Below, in pieces: positions 1-11,692 of a stretch of 64,000 nucleotides of DNA. The DNA is from Chiloscyllium plagiosum (taxonomy: Eukaryota). The DNA lies in the NCBI RefSeq assembly GCF_004010195.1, contig NC_057718.1, positions 11,861,640 through 11,925,639 on the forward strand. Reading direction: 5' to 3'. Below the pieces are notes generated by a model that made no database searches, was not told the origin of the DNA, and was given only the letters and a program-made list of their open reading frames with translations. Position numbers and translations under genes: made by a program. Each line of letters begins with the position of its first letter. Position 1 is the first letter of the stretch.

Positions 1-545
1 TCGATAGTTATAGGTGAGGTGCCGGAAGACTGGAGGTTGGCAAACATGGTGCCACTGTTTAAGAAGGGCAGTAAAGACAAGCCAGGGAACTATAGACCAG
101 TGAGCCTGACGTCAGTGATGGGCAAGTTGTTGGAGGGAATCCTGAGGGACAGGATGTACATGTATTTGGAAAGGCAAGGACTGATTCGGGATAGTCAACA
201 TGACTTTGTGCGTGGGAAATCATGTTTCACATGTAAGTTGCCCCTCCCCTGAGTTTTTTGAAGAAGTAACAAAGAGGATTGATGAGGGCAGAGCTGTAGA
301 TGTGATCTATATGGACTTCAGTAAGGCGTTCAACAAGCTTCCCCATGGGAGACTGATTAGCAAGGTTAGATCTCATGGAATAAGGGGAGAACTAGCCATT
401 TGGATACAGAACTGGCTCAAAGGGATATGGGCCGGATGCTGGCAGGAGGGACTAGATTGGGTTGGGCTACCTGGTTGGCATGGACGGGTTGGACCGAAGG
501 ATCTGTTTCCATGCTGTACATCTCTATGACTCTATGACTCTATGA
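1..545 (+). mobile_element. CR1/HER1-type LINE fragment (RT N-terminal part joined to 3' UTR)
   Basis: PEDWRLAN.VPLFKKG..PGNYRPVSLTS and DVIYMDFSKAF motifs. Jump at ~422 into the 3' UTR, which ends in (CTATGACT)n. Confidence 0.93.
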
Positions 546-1229
546 AAGCAAGCAGCAACTAGCATTCCCATTGTTGATGGTCCTTTAAAATATGCAGGTG
601 GCGCAGGGCTTCTTGTTGCAACAGAGTACATCTTCATCTATGTGCATTGAAGTGAGGGCACTAACTGGAATAACATGATTCAAAATGGCTGTTTAAGCAA
701 CCTTGGCATCAAATCCAGGTTGGATATGACTGATGCCATGATTTGCTCACCGTTTACGTTGGAGCACAAGCTCACCAACTGCTCTAACACCTTTGCCGAA
801 GTATTGAAACAGTTTCCTGGCGCTAAGACGACAGACACCACAAAATCAAATACTGAGGCCTTAAGAGATTAAAACATCCTTGCTTTTCTTGTTGCCTCAT
901 TATTTAGTCTTCCTCTTCCAAACCTCAATGGAATTCCTAGATGGAGCACTTTTGCAGAAAAAATGCTGGCAACTGCAAAAACCTAGACATGTACAACAGT
1001 AGAAAATAATGCAGCAATAAAAATGCAGATGAAACTAATTAATACATGAAACAAAAGTTTCCAAGAAATGGTGTAAACCTCCAGCAAACATATCTCCAGC
1101 CAATATTTGGATGCCAAGCTAGCTAAACAGGAACGGGCCCATTTTATAGTACAATGAAATGCTCTCAATTTGCCAGCAAGCTACAACAACACTCAACAAG
1201 CTCATCATCATCCAAGGCAAAGCATGTCT

Positions 1230-1580
1230 ATTGATTGGCATCCCATTCTCGAGGTTAAAAATTCATCTTTCCACCAACAACGCAACATGGCCCCAGAGAC
1301 TGAACCTTTCAAACCAATGACACTGGTATCCAGAAGGACAAAGGCAGCAAATGCATGGGAATACCACCAGCACCAGCAGCAAATTCCTTTCCAAGCCACT
1401 CACTATCCAGACTTGAAAATGGGTCAAAATTCTAGAATTCCCTTCCTAATTGCATTTTCAGTTTACCAACACAAAATGAATCGCAGTGGTTCAAGAAGGC
1501 AGCTCATCACGTCTGCAAGGATAACTAAGGATGGGCAATGAATCTGGCCCAGCCAGCAATAACCACATCTCATGAATCAA
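1230..1580 (+). mobile_element. Old CR1/L2-group LINE 3' end, copy 1
   Basis: Shares gcagtggttcaagaaggcagctca...ggatgggcaa with copies at 1585-1925, 21510-21890, 36125-36445 and 58860-59035. Confidence 0.7.
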
Positions 1581-1584
1581 TTTT

Positions 1585-1925
1585 AACAATCTACAAGATG
1601 CATTGCAGCACCTCATCAAGGTTGCTTCAACATCACCTCCCAAAACCCTCATTGGCCAAGTGAAACAAATGCAGGCAATCATCACTTCCTCCAAGTTCCC
1701 CTCCAAATCACATACCATATTGCCTTGAAACTATAGCACTGTTGGTTCAGCTTTGCTGCATCAAAATCCTGGAACTCCCCCTGTTACAGAATTCTGGTCG
1801 CATCCTCGCCATATGCACTGCAGCAGTTCAGGAAGGCAGCTCAGCAATACCTTTTCAAAGATCATTTAAGGATGGGCAACAAATGCAGGCCTCATTGATA
1901 ACACATTCCATAATGAACAATAAAG
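1585..1925 (+). mobile_element. Old CR1/L2-group LINE 3' end, copy 2 (head-to-tail with copy 1)
   Basis: IYKMHCS-like coding remnant, caaaatcctggaactccc and the same 3' motif as copy 1. Confidence 0.7.
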
Positions 1926-2019
1926 CACATACGGGTAAGCTATAGTATGAAGGAGGAAGCAGGCAAAACAAGGACATAGCTCCTCACCCCACTAAAAATG
2001 TGCAATGCGTGTGGTTCTT

Positions 2020-2890
2020 TTTCTCAGAGGTTGTAAATGGGGTTCAAATCAATGTGTTTATTGATGGAGTTCTTGTCTAAATGCTAGTCCTCTAGGAATT
2101 CCCATGCGTGTCTATGTTTAGCCTGTCCTAGGATGGATGTGTTGTCCCAGTTGAAGTGTTGTCCTTCCTCATCTGTATGTAAGGATACTAGTGATAGTGA
2201 GTCATGACTTTTGGTAGCTAGTTAGTGTTTGTGTATCCTGGTGGCTAATTTTCTGCCTGTCTGTCCAATATAGTGCATGTTACAGTCCTTGCAGGATATT
2301 TTGTAAATGGCATTCATTTTGCTGGTTGTTGATATAGGATAATTTAGGTTCATCAGCTGCTGTTTCAATGTGTTGTTAGGTTTGTGGGCCACTATGATGC
2401 CCAAAGAGTCGGACTAGTCTGGTAGTCATTTCAGAGATGTCTTTGTATTGTAATGTGGCTAGAGTTTCTGGAGCCATCGTGTCGGCTTGTTTGGGTTTGT
2501 TTAGGAATCGGCGGATGTGTTTACTGGGTACCTGTTCTTCTTGAAAACGCTATATAGGTATTTTTCATCGGCTGCTCATAATTCCTGGGCGCTGCAGTTA
2601 TGTTGTGGCCTGTTTAAATAATGTCCTGATGCAGCTCCATTTGTGGGCGTTGGAATGATTGCTTCTTTAGTTGAGCATCGGGTCTGTGTGTGTTGCTTTC
2701 CTGTAGACGCTGGTCTGGAATTCTCCATTGACTGTTTGTTCAACTGTAACTTCTAGGAAAGGGAGTCTGTTGTTGATCTCCTCCTCTTTTGTGAAATTTA
2801 TGCCAGGAAAGATATTGCTGATGATGTTGTCAGTTTCTTCTAATTTATTCCATTTTGTGATGACAAAGGTGTCATCAATATAGCGGATCC
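2020..2890 (-). mobile_element. Penelope/Poseidon-type PLE fragment (RT C-terminus plus GIY-YIG)
   Basis: Minus strand reads YIDDTFV and IYKISCKDCNMHYIGQTGRKL. Homologous to ~6700-7550. Confidence 0.92.
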
Positions 2891-2894
2891 ATCC

Positions 2895-3678
2895 AAGAAG
2901 ACTGATGCCAGTCCACTCACTCCACCCAAGAACTCCTGAACACCATCAAAGATACCAAGATAGAAGAGGACGAAATAATGGTCTCCTTTGATGTAACAGC
3001 CCTGTTTACATCAATTAACATCAGCCTGGCCAAGGAAACACTGGCCACATTACCATACATCAAATACATCTCTGAAATGAGTATCAGAGTACTCCAACCC
3101 CTTGGCATCATAGTGGCCCACAAACCTAACAACACACTGAAACAGCGGCTGATGAACATAAAGGACCCTATACCAATAACGAGCAAAACGAATCTCATTT
3201 ACAAAATACCATGCAAGGACTGTAACAAACACTACATCGGACAGACAGGCAGAAAACTAGCCACCAGGATACACGAACACCAACGAGCCACAAAAAGACA
3301 AAAATACCTACTATCAGAGTATCCTTACACACAGATGACAAAGAATACCACTTTGACTGGAACAACACATCCATCAGGCTAAACAGAGACACGCACAAGA
3401 ATTCCTAGAAGCATGGCATTCCAACCTGAACTCCATCAATAAACACATCGATTTGGACCTAATTGACCAAACTCTAAGAACCGGAAATGATATCACCCAC
3501 CTTAACAGACCAAGACACATAAATAGAAAGTGGGACAGAACACCAGTGCTTCACTGGTGGCTCACTGATAATGTTACTTAGCATGGTGACGAAACGTCTG
3601 AAAAGAAACCTTCCAGCTCAGTGAGCAAACTTACAACCTGAACCTCAACCTGAGCTACAAATCTTCTCAAAAATCTCA
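2895..3678 (+). mobile_element. Penelope/Poseidon-type PLE, 5'-truncated and internally deleted, ending in a pseudo-LTR
   Basis: MVSFDVTALFTSI, IYKIPCKDCNKHYIGQTGR, and an HHR-like motif at 3562-3601. Confidence 0.92.
3562..3601 (+). ncRNA. Minimal hammerhead ribozyme motif (one core substitution)
   Basis: TCA-CTGATAA-T-GTTAC(ttagcatg)GTGAC-GAAA-CG-TC-TGA. Stem I is TCA/TGA; G8 of CUGANGA is changed to A. Confidence 0.7.
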
Positions 3679-4334
3679 AACCATTATTTAGTTGACTAAT
3701 TACGAAAGTGTTTGGTCCTTTGATGCAATTAACCCCCTACATAATACTGACTGCTGATAATAGGTGCTGTGCTAGGTCTGCCAATAAAATCTGGTAGAAG
3801 CAGTATAGGCTCGAAAAAAGTTATTTGTAAAAGATAGACTTTTGCTTCTGCATGGTCTGAGAGGAATGATAGTGCCTTCCTTATAGTAACCTCATATTTC
3901 CCTGCCCATCACCCTATCTTGCCTAAGAGCATTCCTCCCCCAACTCTCCCCAGCCCGCCAGTTGAAATTGTAATCATGACACTAACATAGGACACACTGC
4001 CATGAGATTCTGAAGTTTTATTGAAGTTGACATGAGTTTACAATGTGGTGTCTGAAAGAATGAGCAAATTTCTCCACCATGAGTACTGAAGCCTGATATT
4101 TTAACATGCACACATGTGGATACACAAACCTACCCTCTCTGCTCCTTTTGTGTAGCAAACCAAAACACAACTGTTAAACAGTTTGCTTTATTTCTTTGGC
4201 AAAAGAGCTTTCAAACAATAAATTAGTTGCAGCATCTTGCAATGAGCATTATAATGAAATATAAGGCTCCAAATTCTTAAGAATGAAGTTTTTGGCATCT
4301 TGATCTTTAGGGAGAGACAAACCAAAGATGTGCA

Positions 4335-4497
4335 AATGGTGGAAATCAAAAACAAAAACAGAAATTGCTGGGAAAAGCTCAACAGGTCTGGGAGAAATTC
4401 TCCAGAAGAAGGATCACTATACCCGAAATATTAACTCTGCTCTCTCTCCACAGCTGCTGCCAGACCTGCTGAGTTGTTCTGGCAATTTTTGATTTTT
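4335..4497. repeat. Degenerate palindromic PLE-pLTR-derived element
   Basis: Inverted arms aaattgctgggaaaagctcaacaggtctgg / ccagacctgctgagttgttctggcaattt, with decayed HHR remnant gaagaaggatcactatacccgaaa. Confidence 0.65.
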
Positions 4498-4719
4498 AGA
4501 GGGGTTGACAGGGTGGTTCAGAGAGGTAGTTTCCTCTTGAGGGAGAGTTTAGGACCAGAGGAATTAATTTCAGAGTCATGGGTCACCCGTCTAAGACAGA
4601 GATGAGGAGGAATTATTTTCTCTCAGAGGGTGGTGAATCTTTGGAATTCTTTACTGCAGAGGGCTGTGGCGGTTGGGTCATTTCATATATTCATGGCTGT
4701 GGTAGACTGATTTCTAATT
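4498..4719 (+). mobile_element. Old CR1 3' region, left part (host of the PLE insertion)
   Basis: RRNYFLSQRVVNLWNSL-like coding remnant. Continues at 7705-7848. Confidence 0.75.
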
Positions 4720-5192
4720 GATTTTTGTGAGGATTTGTAGCTCAGGTTGTGGTTGAGGTTGTACGCTTGCTCGCTGAGCTGGAAGGTTTGTTTTCAGACA
4801 TTTTGTCACCATGCTGGGTAACATCATCGGTGACAGTCTCTGGTGAAGCGCTGGTGTTCGGTCCCACTTCTTATTTATTTGTCTTGGTCTGCTAAGGTAG
4901 AGTGATATCATTGCCAATTCGTTTTCTCAGAGGTTGCTAAGTAGGGACCAAATCGATGTGTTTGTTGATGGAGTTCAGGTTTGAATGCTAGGCCTCTAGG
5001 AATTCCTGTGTGTGTCTCCGTTTAGCCTGTTCCAGGATGGATGCATTGTCTCAGTCGAACTGGTGTGTCTCGTTGTCTGTGTGTAAGGATACTAGTAATA
5101 GTTAGTCACGTCTTTTGGTGGCTAGTGGGTGCTCATGTAACCTGGTGGCTAGTTTCCTGCCAGTCTGTCCGATGTAATGTTTGTTGCAGTTC
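4720..5192 (-). mobile_element. Inverted 3' portion (GIY-YIG end plus pLTR) of the adjacent PLE
   Basis: Reverse complement matches ~7285-7704 and 3220-3678. Decayed HHR at 4797-4830. Confidence 0.9.
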
Positions 5193-5199
5193 GTTTCAG

Positions 5200-7704
5200 A
5201 TAGAAATGTCTGAAACCAAACCTTCCAGCTCAGCGGGTAGGCTTACAACCTGAACCACAACCGAAGCATCAAATTTGCACAAAATTCGCAAACACTTATG
5301 GGTGCAATACGTTCAAATTAGCCCGAAGATGGGAAACCAACACCATCTGACTGAGCACCACCCACGAACAACTGCACTTCCAACACAAATGCCTCAGGAA
5401 ACAGGTATTACCACAATGTGTCAAATACTAACCACAAGCCAGAAGAACAGCAGAAAAGAACCGCCGCAGAATGTTAAGAGAAATGATAAATGATGCCCAC
5501 AACTGACTCCATAAATACGAACAGGAAATTTTGTGCCAAAAAACTCTGTACACCCACATGACTGACCAGGAATGGACAAGTATGCTAGAACGAACCATCA
5601 ACACTAAACAACAGCGGACCAAGACAAAGAAAAGACTAGCCCTACAAGAAAAACTGGACAAGCTCACAGGCAGCAATAACACGGACAATTCAGAGGTTTG
5701 GATAAAGAACCTGTCAGACTGACCACTCACAGACACGGAAAAAGCCGTGTTAGTACGAGGCATGAACTTCAACTACAGGGACGTGGATAAAAAGGACTTC
5801 GTAGCACCACTAGAATCAACCCTGAAAGACAACGGACCTACTGAAGAAATCCAGCAGGCCATCAGGCAGAGAGTAGCACCAACACTAAGCAGAAAGGAAG
5901 AAGGAAACACCCACAACACCCAGGAAAGAAAAGCTCTGGAAGTACTTAGAAAAGACAGAAATATTATAATCCTACCAGCAGACAAAGGGCGCATGACTGT
6001 CATCCTGAACAGAACACAGTACATTGAAAAAGCAAACACACTACTCACAGATACCAACACCACCAACAGGTAGCGATGGACCTATCTCTGCAGCTAGAAG
6101 ACCGTATTACAGCATGACTGAACAAACTCCACAAGTCAGGTGAAATTAACAAGCAGACCTCCAAAGAATGAAACCTGAAGGATCCAACACATCCCATTTC
6201 TTTGGATTACCAAAAGTACACAAACCAGGGGCTCCCTCAGACCCATAGTCTCACTTCCCAGCACTCCGACATACAGACTAGCAAAGGAACCTCAACGCAA
6301 ACTGAAATACCTGGTAGAAGACTCACGCCACTCCAAACACTCCACCCAGAAATTTCTAAACATTATCAAAAACACCAAGGTAGACAAGGTCATGGTTTCC
6401 TTCAACGTAACAGCCATATTCACATCAATTAACATCAGCCTGGCCAAAGAAACACTGGCCACACTACTTGACGAACCAAGGACACAAACACCAGACAGCA
6501 CCATCTCCATCAGCAAGGCCAGCATCCTCAAACTAGTAGACCTGTGCCTCACAACCCACTTTGCCTGCAATGACAAGACCTACCAACAAATCAACGAGAC
6601 ACCCATGCGATCACCAATATCAGGATTCTTGGCAGAAGCAGTTATGAAGAGGTTGAAACAAGCAGCCCTCCCCACGATGCAGCCCAAGCTTCGGGTCTGC
6701 TATGTGGATGACACTCTTGTCATCACGATACAGAACAAATTAGAAGAAACCCACAAATACATAGACAACATCCTTACTGGTTTAAAGTTCACCAAAGAGG
6801 AAGAGAAAGACTCCCTTTCCTGGATGTCACAGTAGAATGAAAAGCCAATGGAGAGCTGCAGACCAGCATCTACAGGAAACAACACACAGAGACAGGTTCT
6901 CAACTACAGAAGCAATCATCCCAACACCCACAAATGGAGCTGCATCAGGGCATTATTTAAACTAGCCACAACACACTGCAGCAGCCAGTAACTATGAGAT
7001 GCCGCAGAAAAAACACCTATACAACGTATCAAGAATAACCGGTAACCAATAAATACAGCCCGTTGGTTTACACAACAAACCAAAACAAGAAGACACATCA
7101 CGCCCAGAGACTCTAGCGACCCTACCATACATTAAAGATATCTCAGAGATGACGACTAGACTACTCCGCCCCCCTAGCATCATGGTAGCCCACAAACCCA
7201 TCAACACACTGAAACAACTCAATGAATCTAAAGGACCCTGTATCAACAGCCAGCAGAACGAATGTCTTCTACAAAATATCCTGCAAGACTGCAACAAACA
7301 TTACATCGGACAGACTGGCAGAAAACTAGCCACCAGGATACATGAGCACCAACTAGCCACCAAACGATCACTAGTATCCTTACAAACAGTCAACAAGGGA
7401 CACAAGTTCGCCTGGGACAATACATCTATCCTGGGACAGGCTAAACAGGGACATGCACGGGAATTCTTAGAGGCCTGGCATTCAAACTGGAACTCCATCA
7501 ATAAATACATCGATTTGGATCCCTTTACCAACCTCTCAGAAAAAGAACTGGAATTGAGATCACCCACCACAACAGACCAGGACACATAAATAGAAAGCGG
7601 GACAGTACACCAGCGTTTCAGTGGAGGCTCACTGATGATGTTACCTAGCATGATGATGAAACATCTGAAAACAAACTTTCCAGCTCAGTGAGCAAACTTA
7701 CAAC
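5200..7704 (+). mobile_element. Near-full-length decayed Penelope/Poseidon-type PLE (RT plus GIY-YIG, pLTR at both ends)
   Basis: WIKNLS, ILPADKGRMTV, GLPKVHK, SFNVTAIFTSI, PMRSPISGFLAE, YVDDTLV, HYIGQTGR and REFLEAWH motifs, broken by stops and frameshifts. Direct terminal repeat at 5203-5250 and 7658-7704. CTAATT at 4714-4719 and 7705-7710 is a possible TSD. Confidence 0.95.
7629..7668 (+). ncRNA. Minimal hammerhead ribozyme motif in PLE 3' pLTR
   Basis: TCA-CTGATGA-T-GTTACC-tagcat-GATGAT-GAAA-CA-TC-TGA. Core intact, stem II partly decayed. Confidence 0.7.
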
Positions 7705-7848
7705 CTAATTCCAAATCATTAAGGTTTATATGATAAGGCAGAAAGTTAGGTTGAGGATTATCAGATCAGCCATGATGTCGCTGAATGTCAAAGTGGTCTC
7801 AATGGGCCAAATGGCCTACTTGTGGCCCAATCCTTTATGGTCTTATGA
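7705..7848 (+). mobile_element. Old CR1 3' UTR, right part
   Basis: atcagatcagccatgat...atggcctact...ttatggtcttatg, similar to 39960-40050. Confidence 0.7.
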
Positions 7849-8150
7849 TAGAGTATCCTTTTATCAGTAACTGCAATGTAGGAGCAGTTTACAACTGCTA
7901 TATATTATGGTATATTAAAATTGTTTGTCCAAAATAATATTTCATGCTTGATGAAAAGTTTTGATTAATGCATGTCATTAAATGTTTAGCAGCTTATTGT
8001 AATTATCATGAATTTGGCTTTCCACAGCAGTTTGTTTTAATATCAATCCAAACAGTTTATCTGCTACACATGGCAAAAGTAAATATCTAATTGTGAATTC
8101 TCAACAACTATGGCACTTTAAGATATTACTGATGAATTAATAAACATCTA

Positions 8151-8314
8151 CAGAGGAACCTTGATTATCCGGCATTCGATTGGCCCAATTTCAGATTTTC
8201 GCAAAGTGCCAATGCTTGGCTAAACTGTGTTGTCCTGCATTCGATTATCTGAACATTTGATTTTCCGACAAAATACTCCTCACCCGTGTCACTCGGATAA
8301 TCAAGGTTCCTCTG
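8151..8314. mobile_element. Tigger/pogo-like (Tc1/mariner superfamily) MITE, 164 bp
   Basis: Perfect 21-bp TIRs CAGAGGAACCTTGATTATCCG (8151-8171 and 8294-8314), with TA on both sides. Confidence 0.9.
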
Positions 8315-8319
8315 TACTT

Positions 8320-8343
8320 TATATATATATATATATATATATA
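8320..8343. repeat. (TA)n microsatellite
   Basis: Direct reading. Confidence 0.95.
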
Positions 8344-9419
8344 GATTAAATGTTAAAAACCCTGCATTTCAGCAGTCTTTTCTTCAGATAATTGAATTAT
8401 GGCCTGTAAATTTTGGCCCGTACCAAGTATTGCTGAAACCATAATTTCCTGTCTGTTCAGAGTGAATCTCAAAGGGAAAAGGCAGCACTTTTCCAGATGC
8501 ATTTAAGGATTGGCTTCAAAATCACATCAGCATTAAAAGGGACTGTCAGGAAATAGTGTTTTACCTGACTTTTCCTGTTAGAGTATGTTCAAATAATTAA
8601 CACATTGCATATTAGTTATGTACTTTAGCTCCCTGCCAGAAAATACGTGCTGTTTGGATCATTAGTGCAGGTGAAACAGCCAGAATAAGGCAAATCAGAA
8701 AGTGTTATAATGTTAACTGCAAATGGCTGGAATCTAATCTAAATCTAAATGATTGAATATCTGTAGCTCCAACCGGCCAGACACGTGTTTCTACTACTGA
8801 TCCCAGTAGGGGCTTTCACACAGAATGTAACTTTAATGAGAATGCCATAACTGGAGCTTCATTGTAAAGCTTAGTGAGTGGGTGCATGATTAAGGGTGAT
8901 CCAAAGATACCTAGGTAGACGCTGGACTTCAATCAGTTATACTAAGATTGCAGCCTGTTTCACAAGTCCCCAGCCTGACTCTGGGGGAAATAAAAAGCAA
9001 AGATGTGAAATAGACTGCTTATACTATTGTACAAAGTCAGGATCTATCAAATTATCTCCTTTATTCTGAGTGAAAAATAGTTCAGTGTTTGGAAAGCAAC
9101 TTTCTCCACTTCATAGTCATGTTACATTGTTTATTTCATGTTGACATCATTTAATGCTGTGAATGTGTGTATCTAAAATTGGCAGCCCCTTTTCACCTTT
9201 TCATGGCTCCCTTTCAATGAACCATAGAATTTTATAGTATTAGAATCATAGAAACACAGAATCCCCAGAGTGCAAAGAGAGGCCATTCAGCCCACCAAGT
9301 CTCCCCAGATCCACCCTCCCATCCCTGTAACCCTGCAAGGAAGTAAGCCATTCAGCCCATGATGTCTGTGAAAACTTACAGGTAGACAACCAGTCTAATA
9401 TAATTTTCCAGTTCTGAGC

Positions 9420-10902
9420 CCCCAGGGCCTGATGGGACCTGTCCCAGGATACTGAAGAAGATCAGAGAGGAGATTGCTCAGGCCTAGACAAAATCTTTGT
9501 ATCCTCTTTAGCCACAGGCAAGATCTCAGAAGACTACAGAATAGCCAATGTTGTTCCTTTGTTCAAGAAGGGCAACAGGGATAATCCGGAATATTACAGG
9601 GTGCTGAGCATTACAACAGTGCTCAGGGAAATTGTTGGAGAAGATTTACTTGCATTTGGAAAAGAATGGACTTATTAGGGTTAGTCACCAGGTCTTATCT
9701 CACTAAACTGATTACGTTTTTTGAGGGAATGATGAAGATGATTGATGAGGCTAAGGCAGTGGATGTTATCTACGTGGACTAAAGTATTTGACGAGATCCC
9801 TCATGGTATGCTGGTCGGATTAAACCTCATGGAAACCATGGTGATTTGTCAAGTTAGATACAAAATTGGCTTGGCCATAGAAGACAGAAACCAGTTGTGG
9901 TGGGGTATTTTTCTGACTGAACGTCTGTGACCAGTGTTCTGCTAGGATCAGTGCTGGAGCCTTTGTTGTTTGTAATGTAAATAAATGATTTTGATGTAGC
10001 TTCAGTGGTCTGATTAGTAAATTTGCAGATGACATGAAAATTGATAGAAATGTAGAGAATGAGGATGGGTATCAAAAGATGCAGCAGGGTATAGATCAGT
10101 TGGAAAGTTGGGCGGAGAAATGGCAGATGGAATTTAGTATGGACAAGTGTGAGGTGTTGCATTTTGGGAGGGCAAATGAAAGGGCAAAGTATACTGTAAA
10201 TGGTCAGGTTCTTAGGAGCATTGACATATAGAGAGATCTTGAGGTGTAAGTCCGTAGTTCCCTGAAAGTGCCAACACAAGAGGATAAGGTGGTAAAGAAG
10301 GCATGTGGCAAGCTTGCCTTTATCAGCCAGGGCACTGAATATAGAAGTTGGCATGTCATGTTTGGTCAGGCCACATTTGGAGTACTGTGCTCAATTTTGG
10401 TCTCTGCACTATAGGAAGAATGTGAAGACTTTGGAGAGGTTTACCAGGATGTTTCCTGGATTGGAGTGTGTTAGCTAGAAGGTGAGGTTAGACAAACCTG
10501 GATTGTTTTTGCTAGAGCATCTGCAGCTGAGAGGTAACTTGGTAGAACTTTATAAAATAATGGGAGGCATGGATAGGGTGTAACATCAGAATCGTCTATC
10601 CTGGGTGCAAATGTCAAATACTAGGGGCATAAGTTTAAGGTGAAAGGGGAAAAGTTCAAAGGGAACGCGTGATGAAAGTTTTTTTCACAGAGTGGCCTAG
10701 AATACACTGCCAGGGGAGGTGGTAGAAGCAGGTACAATAGCAAGGTTTAAGAGGCATTTAGACAGAGATATGAACAGACAGAGAGTAGAGTGAGAAGGAC
10801 CATGTGCAGACAAATTAGTTTAGAATAGTATCATGATCGGTGCATACTTGGTGGGCTGAAGGGCCTGTTGTTGTGTTGGACTGTTCTATGCTCTACGTTC
10901 TA
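9420..10902 (+). mobile_element. Decayed CR1 LINE (RT through 3' UTR)
   Basis: VVPLFKKG, KFADDMKI, WQMEFSMDKCEVLHFG and RPHLEYC motifs, with a ctgttctatg-type tail. Confidence 0.92.
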
Positions 10903-11569
10903 AAGGGAGAAAATAACATGATGATTAGTTTAAATGAAGTAGCATGACAGGAGGTTCATGTGGAGCACTAACTTTGGCCCAGAACAGCTGGGCTGCAAAT
11001 CCCATAATTCTTTATATTGAGAAATGGTCCTTGTGTAGTAACTGAAACCAAAAATTACCTGCACAACCATCAACCTGTACACTGAATCTCACAAAGATCA
11101 TCATTTCCAGAATAGGAACTAATCTGCTAATTCCAGGAGATGAGGTAAAACTATAAAACAACAGTGGAAGATTGCAGGTGCTAAATACCTTTCTAACATG
11201 AAACACACTAATCATCAGGTGTACAGGAGAACTGTGAACTTGAACTAAAAGCAGAAAATGTTGAGCACATATCAGTATCTGGGGAAAGGAAAGAGGGCAA
11301 ATATTTCAGGAGGATACAATTCAAACTAATGCCTCAAATTCTGTTAAAAAGTTCTCCATCAGAAACATTATCTTTCGTTTTTTGAGATGGGATTGGAGCT
11401 GTCTGGCATAAAGGATCTTACAGAACCTCAGCCAAAAATGAGTAAGAGACTGTACTGCTGTGCAATCATTCAGCAAAATGTTATATACTTCAATTAATTC
11501 AATTAACTTAATTGCTAATCTTAAAGAGTGGTCTGTACCTTTAACCCAAGTCAAGTCCTCTATTGTGAA

Positions 11570-11692
11570 GAAAGGTCATTGACCCAAAACCTAAAGATCT
11601 GTTTTTCTCCATGGATACTGGCTAACCTTCTGAGTTTCTCCAATATTTTTGTTCTTACTTCAGATTTCCAGCAGACATAGGATTTTGCTTTT
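11570..11692 (+). repeat. Degenerate single-arm PLE-pLTR-derived repeat
   Basis: tgaagaaaggtcattgacccaaaac followed by the cagatttccagca-type terminus. Confidence 0.5.
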
